Source of the DNA: a virus
DNA: 64,000 bases
Virus record (IMG/VR): IMGVR_UViG_3300042691_030776
Strand: one strand, 5' to 3'
Both the position numbers and the translations under genes were made by a program. Positions 9,547 through 19,600 of the stretch are shown piece by piece; positions within the stretch are counted from its first letter, which is position 1, and the number at the start of each line of letters is the position of its first letter. The notes under the pieces are model-generated. The model did no database searches and had not been told where the DNA came from. It saw nothing but the letters and a program-made list of their open reading frames with translations.

Positions 9547-9575
9547 ATTTTAGCACATTTGGATTTTCAGGTCAA
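9547..9575 (-). promoter_or_regulatory. sigma70-type early promoter
   Basis: TTGACC-N17-TAAAAT with extended -10 TG. Confidence 0.7.
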
Positions 9576-9581
9576 CCTACC

Positions 9582-9589
9582 CATAAATA
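9582..9589 (+). promoter_or_regulatory. late promoter CATAAATA, 7 nt before the ATG of the gp14-like gene
   Basis: motif match; no SD between the motif and the ATG. Confidence 0.65.
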
Positions 9590-9596
9590 CTGTACT

Positions 9597-10922
9597 ATGC
9601 CCAGATTAAGTCTCTATCGCCCAAATCGACAAAACGATTACAAGTTTTTGGACCGTACCATAGCCGAAATGTACACAGTTGGCGGATTGGATATCTACGT
9701 CCACAAATATCTTGGGCCCAAACCACATGGCGATGATTCTAGTAGCCAGACAGGTGGCACACAAGATGCCACACAACCAGCATATAGTTATGAAAATCCG
9801 CTGTTTGTTGAAGATCTCTTGTTGATCGAAAACAGAGATCGCGCCTACAGTCAGGATGTGTATGTCATGCGCGGTGTATATAACCAGCAAGACATTGATT
9901 TTGATCTCACCCAGTTTGGTTTGTTCCTCAACAACGACACGCTGTTTATCACATTCCACTACAATGATATGATTGACATCATGGGTCGCAAGCTCATGTC
10001 AGGTGATGTGCTGGAGTTTCCTAACCTTAAAGACTATAATCCGTTGAACGAGGCATTGCCCAGAGCGTTGCCCAAGTACTATGTCATACAAGATGCGGCG
10101 TTTGCATCAGAAGGATTCAGTGCCACGTGGTTACCACACTTGTGGCGAGTAAAAGCCACACCCTTGGTTGGTGCTCAAGAGTACAATGATATATTAAACA
10201 AACCATTTGCACAGGACAATATTTGGGATCCTGGCAACTACTATCCCAAAGGTAGTATAGTGTTGGATGGCAACACATACTACAAAGCCAAAGATCCTGT
10301 ACCGGTAGGCACACCTATAACAGATCCACTGTGGGAAGTTTACACACCTGCTACTGTACAAGAAAGTATTGGTACACGCAAGAAAGACTATGAACTCAAC
10401 GACGCTATATTGGCACAGGCCGAGTTTGAAGTTCCAAAGTCTGGGTATGATGCTGTTAAGTTTTATATTGTTCCTACCAACATAGACGGTACTCCAGCAG
10501 ATCCTGAATCCAACCCCACAGTAGATTATACGCTGGTTTCAGTGGATACGACTAACGTCAATGCAGACGCCATCGCAGTCACTCCACGCGGCGACGGTTA
10601 CACAGCTGGATATTTGTCTGGGGACGGCATTGCACCCAATGGGCTACCTGTCACACCTGGTATTTCCTTTCCAATCAATGCTCAAGAAGGCGACTATGCA
10701 CTGCGCCTGGACTATTTCCCCAACAGACTGTTTCGTTTTTCAGGCAAGCGATGGATCAAGATCGAAGATGCAGTACGCACCAATCTCACACCCGGACCTG
10801 ACAACAAGACGCTCCGTAGCAGTTTTGTCAACAACACAGCTACTACACAAACAGCAGACCGTGGTCCAATACCACAACGGCAAGGTCTCAGCAACATTCT
10901 CAAACCTGAGGCAGACAACTAA
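9597..10922 (+). CDS. neck / head-closure protein (gp14-like) with inserted domains
   Basis: 441 aa; EDLLLIENRDR, DFDLTQFGLFL, GRKLMSGDVLEFP and WLPHLWRVKA motifs; precedes the gp15-like gene. Confidence 0.65.
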   Translation: MPRLSLYRPNRQNDYKFLDRTIAEMYTVGGLDIYVHKYLGPKPHGDDSSSQTGGTQDATQPAYSYENPLFVEDLLLIENRDRAYSQDVYVMRGVYNQQDIDFDLTQFGLFLNNDTLFITFHYNDMIDIMGRKLMSGDVLEFPNLKDYNPLNEALPRALPKYYVIQDAAFASEGFSATWLPHLWRVKATPLVGAQEYNDILNKPFAQDNIWDPGNYYPKGSIVLDGNTYYKAKDPVPVGTPITDPLWEVYTPATVQESIGTRKKDYELNDAILAQAEFEVPKSGYDAVKFYIVPTNIDGTPADPESNPTVDYTLVSVDTTNVNADAIAVTPRGDGYTAGYLSGDGIAPNGLPVTPGISFPINAQEGDYALRLDYFPNRLFRFSGKRWIKIEDAVRTNLTPGPDNKTLRSSFVNNTATTQTADRGPIPQRQGLSNILKPEADN

Positions 10923-12310
10923 TGCAACAATTTTTTTATGATGAGCAGATACGACGTTTCCTGCTACAGTTTACACGCATATTCAGTAACTTCCAGGTTG
11001 AATACGGTCGCAACGATGAAGGAGTCAAAGGACTGATCAGAGTTCCCATACGATACGGTGACGCCAGTCGTCAAGCGCAAACTGTATTACAAAACAACTC
11101 TGCCAATAGCCTGCCGTCGACTCCGTTGATGACTTTCTACATCACTGAGTTACAGTATGCAAGAGATCGTGTGCAGGAGCCATACTTTGTTGACAAGACC
11201 AATGTGCGACAGAGATACTGGGATACCGAAACACAGACCTATGAAACCACACAGGGCAATGCATTTACTATCGAGCGCCTAATGCCTGTGCCGTTTAATT
11301 TAGGTCTAAAATTAGATATATGGACTTCTAACACTAATCAAAAGTTCCAAATACTCGAGCAAATACTCACACTATTCAACCCTGCACTGGAAATACAAAG
11401 CACAGACAACTACTTGGATTGGACCAGTTTGAGTGTTTGTGAACTTGAAACAGTGACCTGGAGTTCTCGAACTATCCCGCAGGGCACAGAGGATCCAATA
11501 GATATCGCTTCGCTAACTTTTAGTTTACCTATATGGATATCACCTCCTGCCAAAGTTAAAAAACTTGGTGTGGTCCAAAAAATCATTGCTTCAATGTATG
11601 ATGCACAAGGTGATTTAAATGACGCTGTGAATAACAGTGATTTGTTGTTGGGAACTAGACAGAAGTTTACACCTTACAACTATCAGGTGTTGCTGATTGG
11701 AAACCAGCTACAGGTACTAGAACCATTTGCCGTGGTGCCCGGAGCTGGAACGATCAACCCCGACACCAACCCTCCCAGTAACGTGATGTGGCATGCGGTG
11801 ACAAACTTGTTTGGTGATTTGCAAAACGGTATCAGTCAAGTGAGACTTGACAATCCCTATGATGGTACTATAATAGTAGGTACAGTGGCATATCATCCCA
11901 CAGACGACAGATTTTTACTGTTTACTGTGGACGAAGATACCATACCACAAAATACCTTACCACCAGTGAACGCCATAGTAGACCCTCAACGCAACGGCCC
12001 AGGAGCAGGTCTTCCTGTTGCTGTTGCTGGCCAACGATATCTGCTGGTTGGTGATACTGGCACACCAGATTATTCTGCTGGTGCTCCGGCCTGGACCGGA
12101 ATCAATGGAGAAGTTTTGTATGCCACTGCCAATGACATCATTGAGTACGATGGCGAGAAATGGAACATCTCTTTCTTACACACCAATCTCAGCGATGTGC
12201 AATACGTCACAAACATAACAACCGGCATACAGTATCGATGGGCAGATGGTTTGTGGCTCAAGAGCTACGAAGGTCTGTATCCTGAAGGAGAATGGAGCTT
12301 GGTACTTTGA
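10922..12310 (+). CDS. tail terminator / sheath stabiliser (gp15-like) with C-terminal extension
   Basis: FFYDEQIRRFLLQF, VPIRYGD, MPVPF, QILEQILTLFNP and IWISPP motifs. Confidence 0.75.
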   Translation: MQQFFYDEQIRRFLLQFTRIFSNFQVEYGRNDEGVKGLIRVPIRYGDASRQAQTVLQNNSANSLPSTPLMTFYITELQYARDRVQEPYFVDKTNVRQRYWDTETQTYETTQGNAFTIERLMPVPFNLGLKLDIWTSNTNQKFQILEQILTLFNPALEIQSTDNYLDWTSLSVCELETVTWSSRTIPQGTEDPIDIASLTFSLPIWISPPAKVKKLGVVQKIIASMYDAQGDLNDAVNNSDLLLGTRQKFTPYNYQVLLIGNQLQVLEPFAVVPGAGTINPDTNPPSNVMWHAVTNLFGDLQNGISQVRLDNPYDGTIIVGTVAYHPTDDRFLLFTVDEDTIPQNTLPPVNAIVDPQRNGPGAGLPVAVAGQRYLLVGDTGTPDYSAGAPAWTGINGEVLYATANDIIEYDGEKWNISFLHTNLSDVQYVTNITTGIQYRWADGLWLKSYEGLYPEGEWSLVL

Positions 12311-12732
12311 ACGCTGTAGGAGTTTGGTTTTATAGCATATCCACTGATAGATATCTGTATCTGTTGCGCAACGATGATCGACATCCGGGAACCTGGGGGT
12401 TACCTGGAGGAAAGAGCCGCAGAGACGAAACTTTAATGGATACTATACGTCGTGAATGCATTGAGGAACTGGGTTTTTGGCCCGAAGAAATCAAACTAGT
12501 ACCTATTGAAAAGTTTACCAGCCCCGATGGTAACTTTTGCTATCATACTTTTTTCTGTAGTGTAGCTGGAGAGTTTACTCCCACCCTCAACGAAGAACAT
12601 CAAGGATGGGCTTGGATTGATTCCAATACCTGGCCAAGGCCTTTACATCCTGGCTTATGGTCTACTGTTAACTTTGACGAAGTTAAGCAAAAAATGTCAA
12701 CGGTTCAACAACAGTATCAGACATCACAGTGA
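12292..12732 (+). CDS. NUDIX hydrolase
   Basis: Nudix box GGKSRRDETLMDTIRRECIEELG, plus LNEEH and PLHPG; exact start uncertain. Confidence 0.85.
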   Translation: MELGTLNAVGVWFYSISTDRYLYLLRNDDRHPGTWGLPGGKSRRDETLMDTIRRECIEELGFWPEEIKLVPIEKFTSPDGNFCYHTFFCSVAGEFTPTLNEEHQGWAWIDSNTWPRPLHPGLWSTVNFDEVKQKMSTVQQQYQTSQ

Positions 12733-13391
12733 AGTATAAACTGTCTGTAGTCAATGACTTCTGCGTTACGGAACGAACGCCATTCGTCGTGTGGTTCAGC
12801 ACCATCTGTCACAAAATAAAACTTTGTGTTGGGATATGCTCCTAGCACTTGTTTGATATCAATGATGTGTTTATGATCAATGTGATGTTCTCTAGTGGTG
12901 CCATCAACGCCTAACAAAAAGATTTCATGGTGTCCATCAAATGCCGCAAGATAAGCGGCAGCGGCTGGTGCGGCCAATCTCACACAGTACGGAATGAGAT
13001 AAAACTCTCCAGGCATTTTTAAGCAGTTTGTCGTTAGAGTATAAACCACTGATCGTTCTGCATACCCTGAACTCACTATTTCGTTGAGCACAGGAATGTC
13101 GTATTCAACACAGAAATCCAAATGCATTTTTTTCCAAATGCCTTCGCATCCGTAGGTCTGTAGTTTTTTTTGACCAAGTAACCCACCACCGTGATTAGCA
13201 ACCGCAGTTACGACGTCGTGGCGTAGGCTGTGCCCATTGGCAACAACCACGGCTCGGCCGGATATGTGTTGATTGACTATGGGGTTTTCAATATATTCTT
13301 TGTCGGTGATTTTTTTGCCGTCTCTGTAGGTGATTTTAGTAATGACAAACTCACCAGCATAGTCTGCGCGATAGCGTTCTTTATTGATCAT
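12717..13391 (-). CDS. Maf/GT42-like Rossmann-fold protein (diverged paralogue of 26453-27040)
   Basis: AVVVANGHS, YGC and AAYLAAFDGHHEIFLLGVD motifs. Confidence 0.5.
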   Translation of the reverse strand: MINKERYRADYAGEFVITKITYRDGKKITDKEYIENPIVNQHISGRAVVVANGHSLRHDVVTAVANHGGGLLGQKKLQTYGCEGIWKKMHLDFCVEYDIPVLNEIVSSGYAERSVVYTLTTNCLKMPGEFYLIPYCVRLAAPAAAAYLAAFDGHHEIFLLGVDGTTREHHIDHKHIIDIKQVLGAYPNTKFYFVTDGAEPHDEWRSFRNAEVIDYRQFILHCDV

Positions 13392-14605
13392 AATCTCCCC
13401 ACTACTACTTCAATCTTGCCTGGAATATTGCTGTCATAGTTTTCCAAAGCCTTACCAATGATGCTACCAGGAACAAACGTAACCATTTTAGTTGCAACAC
13501 CAGGAATATCGCTAGTGACTAACAAGTCACCTTTCTTGATAGAGCCAACTACCTGGCAAGGTACACGACCTGTGAGTGCCACTGCTACTCCACCTTGTAG
13601 ATCAACATTCATTACATAGGCTGGATTAGTTGACACCACTCCGGCTACTGCTGGATCATGATTGGTCGTACTTTGTGTAACTTCTCGATCACCACCAAAT
13701 ATTAGCACTGTGCCCGGTTCGTATTCAGCATCAGTGGTATAGTATTCTGCCAAGTCAGCGTAGGTAGCGTTGACTGTGACACCAAAAATATTACTAAACT
13801 TAGTTGACGAGCTACCAATGTTGCTGGTGTTATTTGAGTTGGCAAAAATATTTCCGGCTGTGACAAAGTTGCCTGCGGCAATCTGCAGAGCATAGGGATT
13901 TGTGATTGTCATGTTACTGCCAGCCACAGGTGCGCCAGCAATATAAAGAGTTGCCGCAGAAGTGGTTGTCACAGATCCATTGGTGGCTGCCAAGGTGCCT
14001 TGGGCAATGGCATGTATATGATTGGTTGCGGCTGTACCAGCGGCTGGTGTACCTGAATCGGTATATGTTGCGGAGTTGATTCTCAACCCGATACCATTGG
14101 TAGTCCAACTTGATGCTGTTTCATTACCGCCTATAGTTACAGCGGCTGTGGTAGGTGCTGTACCAAACCCACTCTGTGCTTGACAAGTAAGATTTACAGC
14201 AACGTTGGCTTCTGTGGCAGTAAATGTTGTGTTAGTTGCTCCGGCCACATTGGCGCGGATGTTGCCGCCAGAAGCGATCACGGTCATCGCCGATGTGCCG
14301 TTTTGTATAGAAGTCGCGTCAATGGTGCTCCAACGCACCCCAGAGCCTGTAGATTCTAGATACTGTCCCGAACTGCCCACGCCAGAATTTGCTGTCAGTG
14401 TACCTGTAAGTACTGCACTGCTCAGTGTTTTATTTGTTAAAGTTTGTGTAGCTGTGGTGCTCACGCCAGCAAAACCCCCGGCCGTGGCTCCATCATGGAC
14501 TACCACTATTTTATTGGTAGTATCAACGGTGATCTCGCCCAAAGCGCCAGTAAAGCTGGCTGTTTGTGCGCTGGATCCTCGGCGGTATTGTATCTGGGTT
14601 GACAT
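13388..14605 (-). CDS. tail fibre/spike protein with Mtd_N-like N-terminus and a C-terminal autocleaving chaperone (peptidase G2/IMC-like)
   Basis: QYRRGSSAQTASFTGALGEITVDT N-terminus; YADLAE, GVVST, ALTGRVP, GDLLV, IIGKAL and VVVGRL C-terminus. Confidence 0.75.
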   Translation of the reverse strand: MSTQIQYRRGSSAQTASFTGALGEITVDTTNKIVVVHDGATAGGFAGVSTTATQTLTNKTLSSAVLTGTLTANSGVGSSGQYLESTGSGVRWSTIDATSIQNGTSAMTVIASGGNIRANVAGATNTTFTATEANVAVNLTCQAQSGFGTAPTTAAVTIGGNETASSWTTNGIGLRINSATYTDSGTPAAGTAATNHIHAIAQGTLAATNGSVTTTSAATLYIAGAPVAGSNMTITNPYALQIAAGNFVTAGNIFANSNNTSNIGSSSTKFSNIFGVTVNATYADLAEYYTTDAEYEPGTVLIFGGDREVTQSTTNHDPAVAGVVSTNPAYVMNVDLQGGVAVALTGRVPCQVVGSIKKGDLLVTSDIPGVATKMVTFVPGSIIGKALENYDSNIPGKIEVVVGRL

Positions 14606-14630
14606 TGTTTATTCCTGTATCATATTTAGT

Positions 14631-16535
14631 TTAGGTTATTATAGCTCTGTCCGTGACTCTGCGCCAGTTTGTTCCGTCTGAAAACGCGGGCACAGCACCA
14701 CCTGATTCGTTGGTGACATATATCATCTGTCCTGCAGGACTTGCTGATGGAACTCCTGCCACAGTATAACTGGGAAATACGATCTGATCAGGGTAGAACA
14801 CACCTGCAGTGACGATGGAGCCTAGATCTGCTTCGCTGGTCACAGCATCGGCTATGCTGCCAAGATCATCTGTGGTTGTCACTACTTCACTGACTTCGCC
14901 AAAATCAGCACCATCAACAAAGATATCACTGCCTTCACCAGCGGCTGCGATGGTCAGTGTATCTGTGGTAGGATCTGCAACCAATGTGATGCCTGTACCT
15001 GCGTTAAATGTAAATGTGTCTGTGATGCTGTCTGCTGTTATTGTGTTGCCACCCGACACAGCAAATGATTTAAATGTTTCTATTCCTGAAAGATTACGTC
15101 CATTGCCCAGTATATTCCCACCAGATACATTTCCGGTAGTATAGAGATTTCCTGTGATATTTGCACCGCTGGTTGAAAACACAGCTATGTTGGGTGTACC
15201 CCCAATGGTAACTTCTAGATTGCCACCCGAAGTACCAATGTTGGCTTCAGATGTTCCGTTGAATAGTTTGGTTGTGTTATAGCCACTGGCAAATGTGATG
15301 TTGGCCAACAAGTAGTTGCCTGTGATGTTACCAGCAGTGGTTAAGTTTCCGCCAGTGATATTGCCTGTGGCTCCTAGGGTGCCTGTGATATTAGCACCTG
15401 CTGTACTGAATACAGCAACGTTAGAAACTCCTCCAATGGTAATGTTGGCATTGCCACCTGAAGTACCAATATTGGCTTCAGATGTTCCGTTGAATAACTT
15501 GGTAGTATTATAGCCACTGGCAAATGTGATGTTGGCCAACAGGTAGTTGCCTGTGATGTTGCCCGACGCTGTCAACTGTCCAGAAGTTACAAGATTACCA
15601 CCTGTGACGTTGCCGATGGCAGTGACCTGACCTGCTGTGCCTAAGTTGCCCACATCAGCATTACCGGTGGCAGTGATCGCTGAAACGTTGGCATTAGTAG
15701 CACCTAAGTTACCTATGTTGGCGTTACCTGTAACAGACAACTCTCCATTGGTTATAAGATTGCCGCCTGTGATATTGCCTGTGGCAGTAACTGTGCTGAC
15801 AGAGATACCCGGTGTTGCTCCAGATAATACTGTGGTGCCACCTGCAGGATTAGTGATAGTGACCGCCGTAGCGTTTGCTGATATTTGAGCATTGCCAAGA
15901 TAGATAGTAGAATTTGCTAGATAGATATCGCGCCAGCGACTAGATGTACTACCAAGATCGTAAGTGATATTTGCGCCTGGCAGTACATTGCCATAGAAAG
16001 TTGGACTATCTGCCACAGCAAATGTAATCGTATCGCTGGTAGCATTGCCTGTGATGACAATATTGTTGCTAGTAGAAAAAGTTACTGTTCCTGTGGCAGA
16101 GTTTGCCACTACAGAAGTACCGTTGGCTGAAATAACACCAAATGCATTGCCTGTGTTGATTTCAAAGGTTAATGCAGTAGTACCAATGGTTATAGGGTCA
16201 TTGGTTGTGAGTTTCCAGGATGTGTCAGCATAGGTAGATCCTTCAGTGACCATGACAATGGTGCCCGAAAGCAACTCGCCGGTGGCATTGGTATCTGTGG
16301 ATCTAATCCAAGTACCGTTGGCACCTGTGCCCAATACACTTACTATGTAGATACCGTTTTGACTAGCTGTGGTTTGTCCTGAAACTAGAACTCGATCATT
16401 TAAACTTAAAGTAACTCCGTCAACTACAACAGGTGCACCGCCCGACAGCGTGATATTGCTAGTGGTTATGACACGCACCGCCTGTTTATAGTCGATGTCG
16501 TATATCTGCGCGGCGCGAGGTCTAGTTAATCCCAT
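14631..16535 (-). CDS. tail fibre-like structural protein
   Basis: 634 aa; DYKQAVRV, DRVLV and QNGIY fibre head motif; GNITGGN repeats; DGTNWRR C-terminus. Confidence 0.7.
   Translation of the reverse strand: MGLTRPRAAQIYDIDYKQAVRVITTSNITLSGGAPVVVDGVTLSLNDRVLVSGQTTASQNGIYIVSVLGTGANGTWIRSTDTNATGELLSGTIVMVTEGSTYADTSWKLTTNDPITIGTTALTFEINTGNAFGVISANGTSVVANSATGTVTFSTSNNIVITGNATSDTITFAVADSPTFYGNVLPGANITYDLGSTSSRWRDIYLANSTIYLGNAQISANATAVTITNPAGGTTVLSGATPGISVSTVTATGNITGGNLITNGELSVTGNANIGNLGATNANVSAITATGNADVGNLGTAGQVTAIGNVTGGNLVTSGQLTASGNITGNYLLANITFASGYNTTKLFNGTSEANIGTSGGNANITIGGVSNVAVFSTAGANITGTLGATGNITGGNLTTAGNITGNYLLANITFASGYNTTKLFNGTSEANIGTSGGNLEVTIGGTPNIAVFSTSGANITGNLYTTGNVSGGNILGNGRNLSGIETFKSFAVSGGNTITADSITDTFTFNAGTGITLVADPTTDTLTIAAAGEGSDIFVDGADFGEVSEVVTTTDDLGSIADAVTSEADLGSIVTAGVFYPDQIVFPSYTVAGVPSASPAGQMIYVTNESGGAVPAFSDGTNWRRVTDRAIIT
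15219..15563. repeat. internal direct repeat, two ~114-bp copies 231 bp apart (15219-15332 and 15450-15563)
   Basis: both copies encode the identical peptide GNITGNYLLANITFASGYNTTKLFNGTSEANIGTSGGN, with synonymous DNA differences. Confidence 0.85.
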
Positions 16536-16556
16536 TTTTTACCTTAGTCTACCCAA

Positions 16557-16597
16557 TATTTATGGAAAAAAATAGGGCCACGATGAGCCCTATTTTT
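16557..16597 (-). terminator. intrinsic terminator (16566-16597) followed immediately by late promoter CATAAATA (16557-16564)
   Basis: AAAAATAGGGC-TCATCGTG-GCCCTATTTTTTT then CCATAAATA. Confidence 0.75.
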
Positions 16598-16613
16598 GAT
16601 GCAGAAGCACCGA

Positions 16614-19600
16614 TTAAACTCGTCCTACAACGACCTCAATCACTCCGTCTTGACCATCAAAGTCTGCTAGAGCTTTGCCAATGATAGTACCAGCTCGCGC
16701 ATTGTTGTTGGCACAGGCACGCCCGTCTCCGGCGCTGACCATCAAATCGCCTTTGCGTATACGACCTGTGACTTTGGTTGGTACCCGACCTTGCAAGGCC
16801 ACAGCAGCCACGTGTGCTCCAGTCTGTCCTGAGTTCATCAAATAACTAGGATTGGTAGATACTACACCTGCCACGCTGGTACAATCTGCTATATTACAGA
16901 TTGACACTTCTTTGGCGCCACCAAAACACAGCACTGTGCCTGGTTCATATGCGGCATCAGATTCGTACATCTCTGCCAAGTCAGCGTACTGTGCTGATGT
17001 GGCCTTGGCAAATATTGTATTGAAGTAACTGCTTGATGTACCAATGTTACCAACACCGTTGGCCTGACCATTGTTGATACCACCTGACCAGAATGTAGCG
17101 ATAGTGGCACCACCCACGTTGGCACGGATGTTACCACCCGACGAGATAACTGCCATGCTTGAAGTGCCGCTGGCTATCTGTGTGGAGTCAATGTTTTGGT
17201 TAGAAATTGTAGCTGGTGTAGTTCCATCTGCGCGATAGAACACCACTGTGTTGGAGCCAGCATCTGCAATCTGGATATTGGCAACTTGCAGTCTAGTAAC
17301 CGCACTGGTACCTACGACTACTAGACCTGTACCATTAGGTCTAAGTTCAATGTTACCGTTGGTGTTGGTGGCTTCAATATGGTTGAAACCAATCTGCAAG
17401 TTACCTGATGTGGTGCTTGTTGTATAGAATGTGCCAGTGATACCAGCATCGGCTGTGTCGTCAAAGTTTCTTACTTGTAAGTTTCCACCGCCAGCTTTGA
17501 GGATAACACCTCCCATGTAGATTGAGTTACCTGACAGATACAGTTCATTCCATTGGCTTGTTGGACTACCTAAGTCATATATTACGTTGCCTGCTGGTAA
17601 AACATTACCTGTGATTTGTACATAGTTGGTGGAATCAGATACCTCAACCACCGCTGAACCGTTGGCGTTGGTGATACCTTTGACCGATACTGTGGTAACA
17701 ATCTCACGAACTTCAATCAAGTCGCCCACAGCAGGAGCTTCTGTGAATGTCAGTGTTGTGCCAGCTACAGCGTAGGCTGTCACAGGAACTTGTAAGATAC
17801 CGTTGATAGAAACCAAACAGCTGACAGTGGTGTAACCTGAGTTGATGGTAAAGTTAACTGTGGTTCCGTCACCGTTGAATGTTTGGCTTTGAACCACTGT
17901 AAAGATAGTACCTGTGGACACCCACTGTGTACCATCATAGAACTCCAAGCTGGATGTTGTGGTGTTGAAACGCACCATACCGGCAACACCTGTGCCAGGA
18001 CGCTGTGCTGTGTTACCCACAGGAGCCAAAATAGAGTTAGTGTAGTTAAACGCTACACCGGCGCCCACAGTCTGTGTGGACGAACCAAAACTTGTTGTGC
18101 CTGTGCCCGCATCAATATAGATTAGGTTGGCTGTGGTATCACCGTCTACAGCAAAGTCAACGTCAGCATCGCTGGCGTTAACTGTGATCCTACCACTGCG
18201 ACTGTCAATGTTTGTGACGTACAAGTTGCCATTAACGATGTCAAACCCTTCTGTGCTGGCCACTGTACGCACATTAGCGTAACCTGTGTTACCAACAAAG
18301 GTCAGTACGTTGCCATTGGTAGAACCTAATATAAGATTACCAACACCCGAACTGCCAGGACCTGTTTCGTCGCTGGCTACAACATACAAGTAACCAGTGT
18401 TATTAGTTGCTACATCAGCAAAAAACTGATCATGAGTACCTGTGTGGTTGCTACCGGTGATACCCATGTCAATAAAGTATGTAGAGTCATCACCGTTGTC
18501 AGCAGTGGCAATGTAGTCTGTAGATGCGGCATTGCCTGTATTGATGTTTTCAAAGTTTACCTGGCTGTATGAGTTAGCGTTACCAGCAAACTGTATCACA
18601 ACGTTGGAAGCCAAGGGAGTGAATCCAGGAATACCGCCAAATATTGCGGCATTGCCTGTCACGGAGTTACCGTAGAAGATACCAGAGTTGGCGTAAACCA
18701 CACCAATCGTGGCATTCAAGTTGCCCAGCACATCTACGTTGCCAGTGAAGTAACCTGTGGCAGCTGCCACACGCGAAACAATGTTTAAGTTACCACCGTT
18801 GATATTACCGGTGGCATCAATTTGGCCGCCGGTGATAATATTACCACCAGTGATGTTGCCTGTGGCCAAGGCTGTTTGTAAGTAGGCATTGCCTGCTTGT
18901 AGTGTTCCGTAAGAGTTTACTGTAATAACATCGTTGGCTATGGATACATCATTGGAAACGATCATATTTCCAGTTGAATTATCCCAGCCCATGAAAGCGT
19001 TGCCTGGACCAGTGGTGTAATAGGTCATCAATGTACCACGGTCTTTACCATCGTTGCTGACCAAAGCGTTGCCGTTGGCACCGCCACCCAACTGGATGAC
19101 TGGATCTTCAACACGTAAATCGTCAATGTTGATGTAGGTCAAGTTACCTTGAACTGTCAAGTTACCTGCAATTAACGCATCGCCTGTGACACTGAGATTT
19201 GATCCTTGGATCAAACTGTTTGATATTAGGTTACCACCAGTGATATTGCCTGTGGCCGATACTGTGGTTCCAACACTGACAAAACCGGTGGCTGTGACGT
19301 TTGCTACATCAATATCACCCGAAACATCTATGTTACCAAACACACCACCATTGGCTATGACATTTCCGCCAGTGATGTTGCCGGTGGCTGTGATCTGCCC
19401 TGTGGTACCCAAGTTACCTACGTTGGCATTACCTGTTACTGATAAAGTAGTAGCGGCCGAAATAGCGGCATTGGATATCAAGTTACCACCACTGATGTTA
19501 CCAGTGGCGTTGATCAAACCTGCGGTGCTGATATTGCCTAATGTAGCGTTGCCTGTGACATCCAAAGTAGTTGCGGCACTGATGGCAGCATTGGATATCA

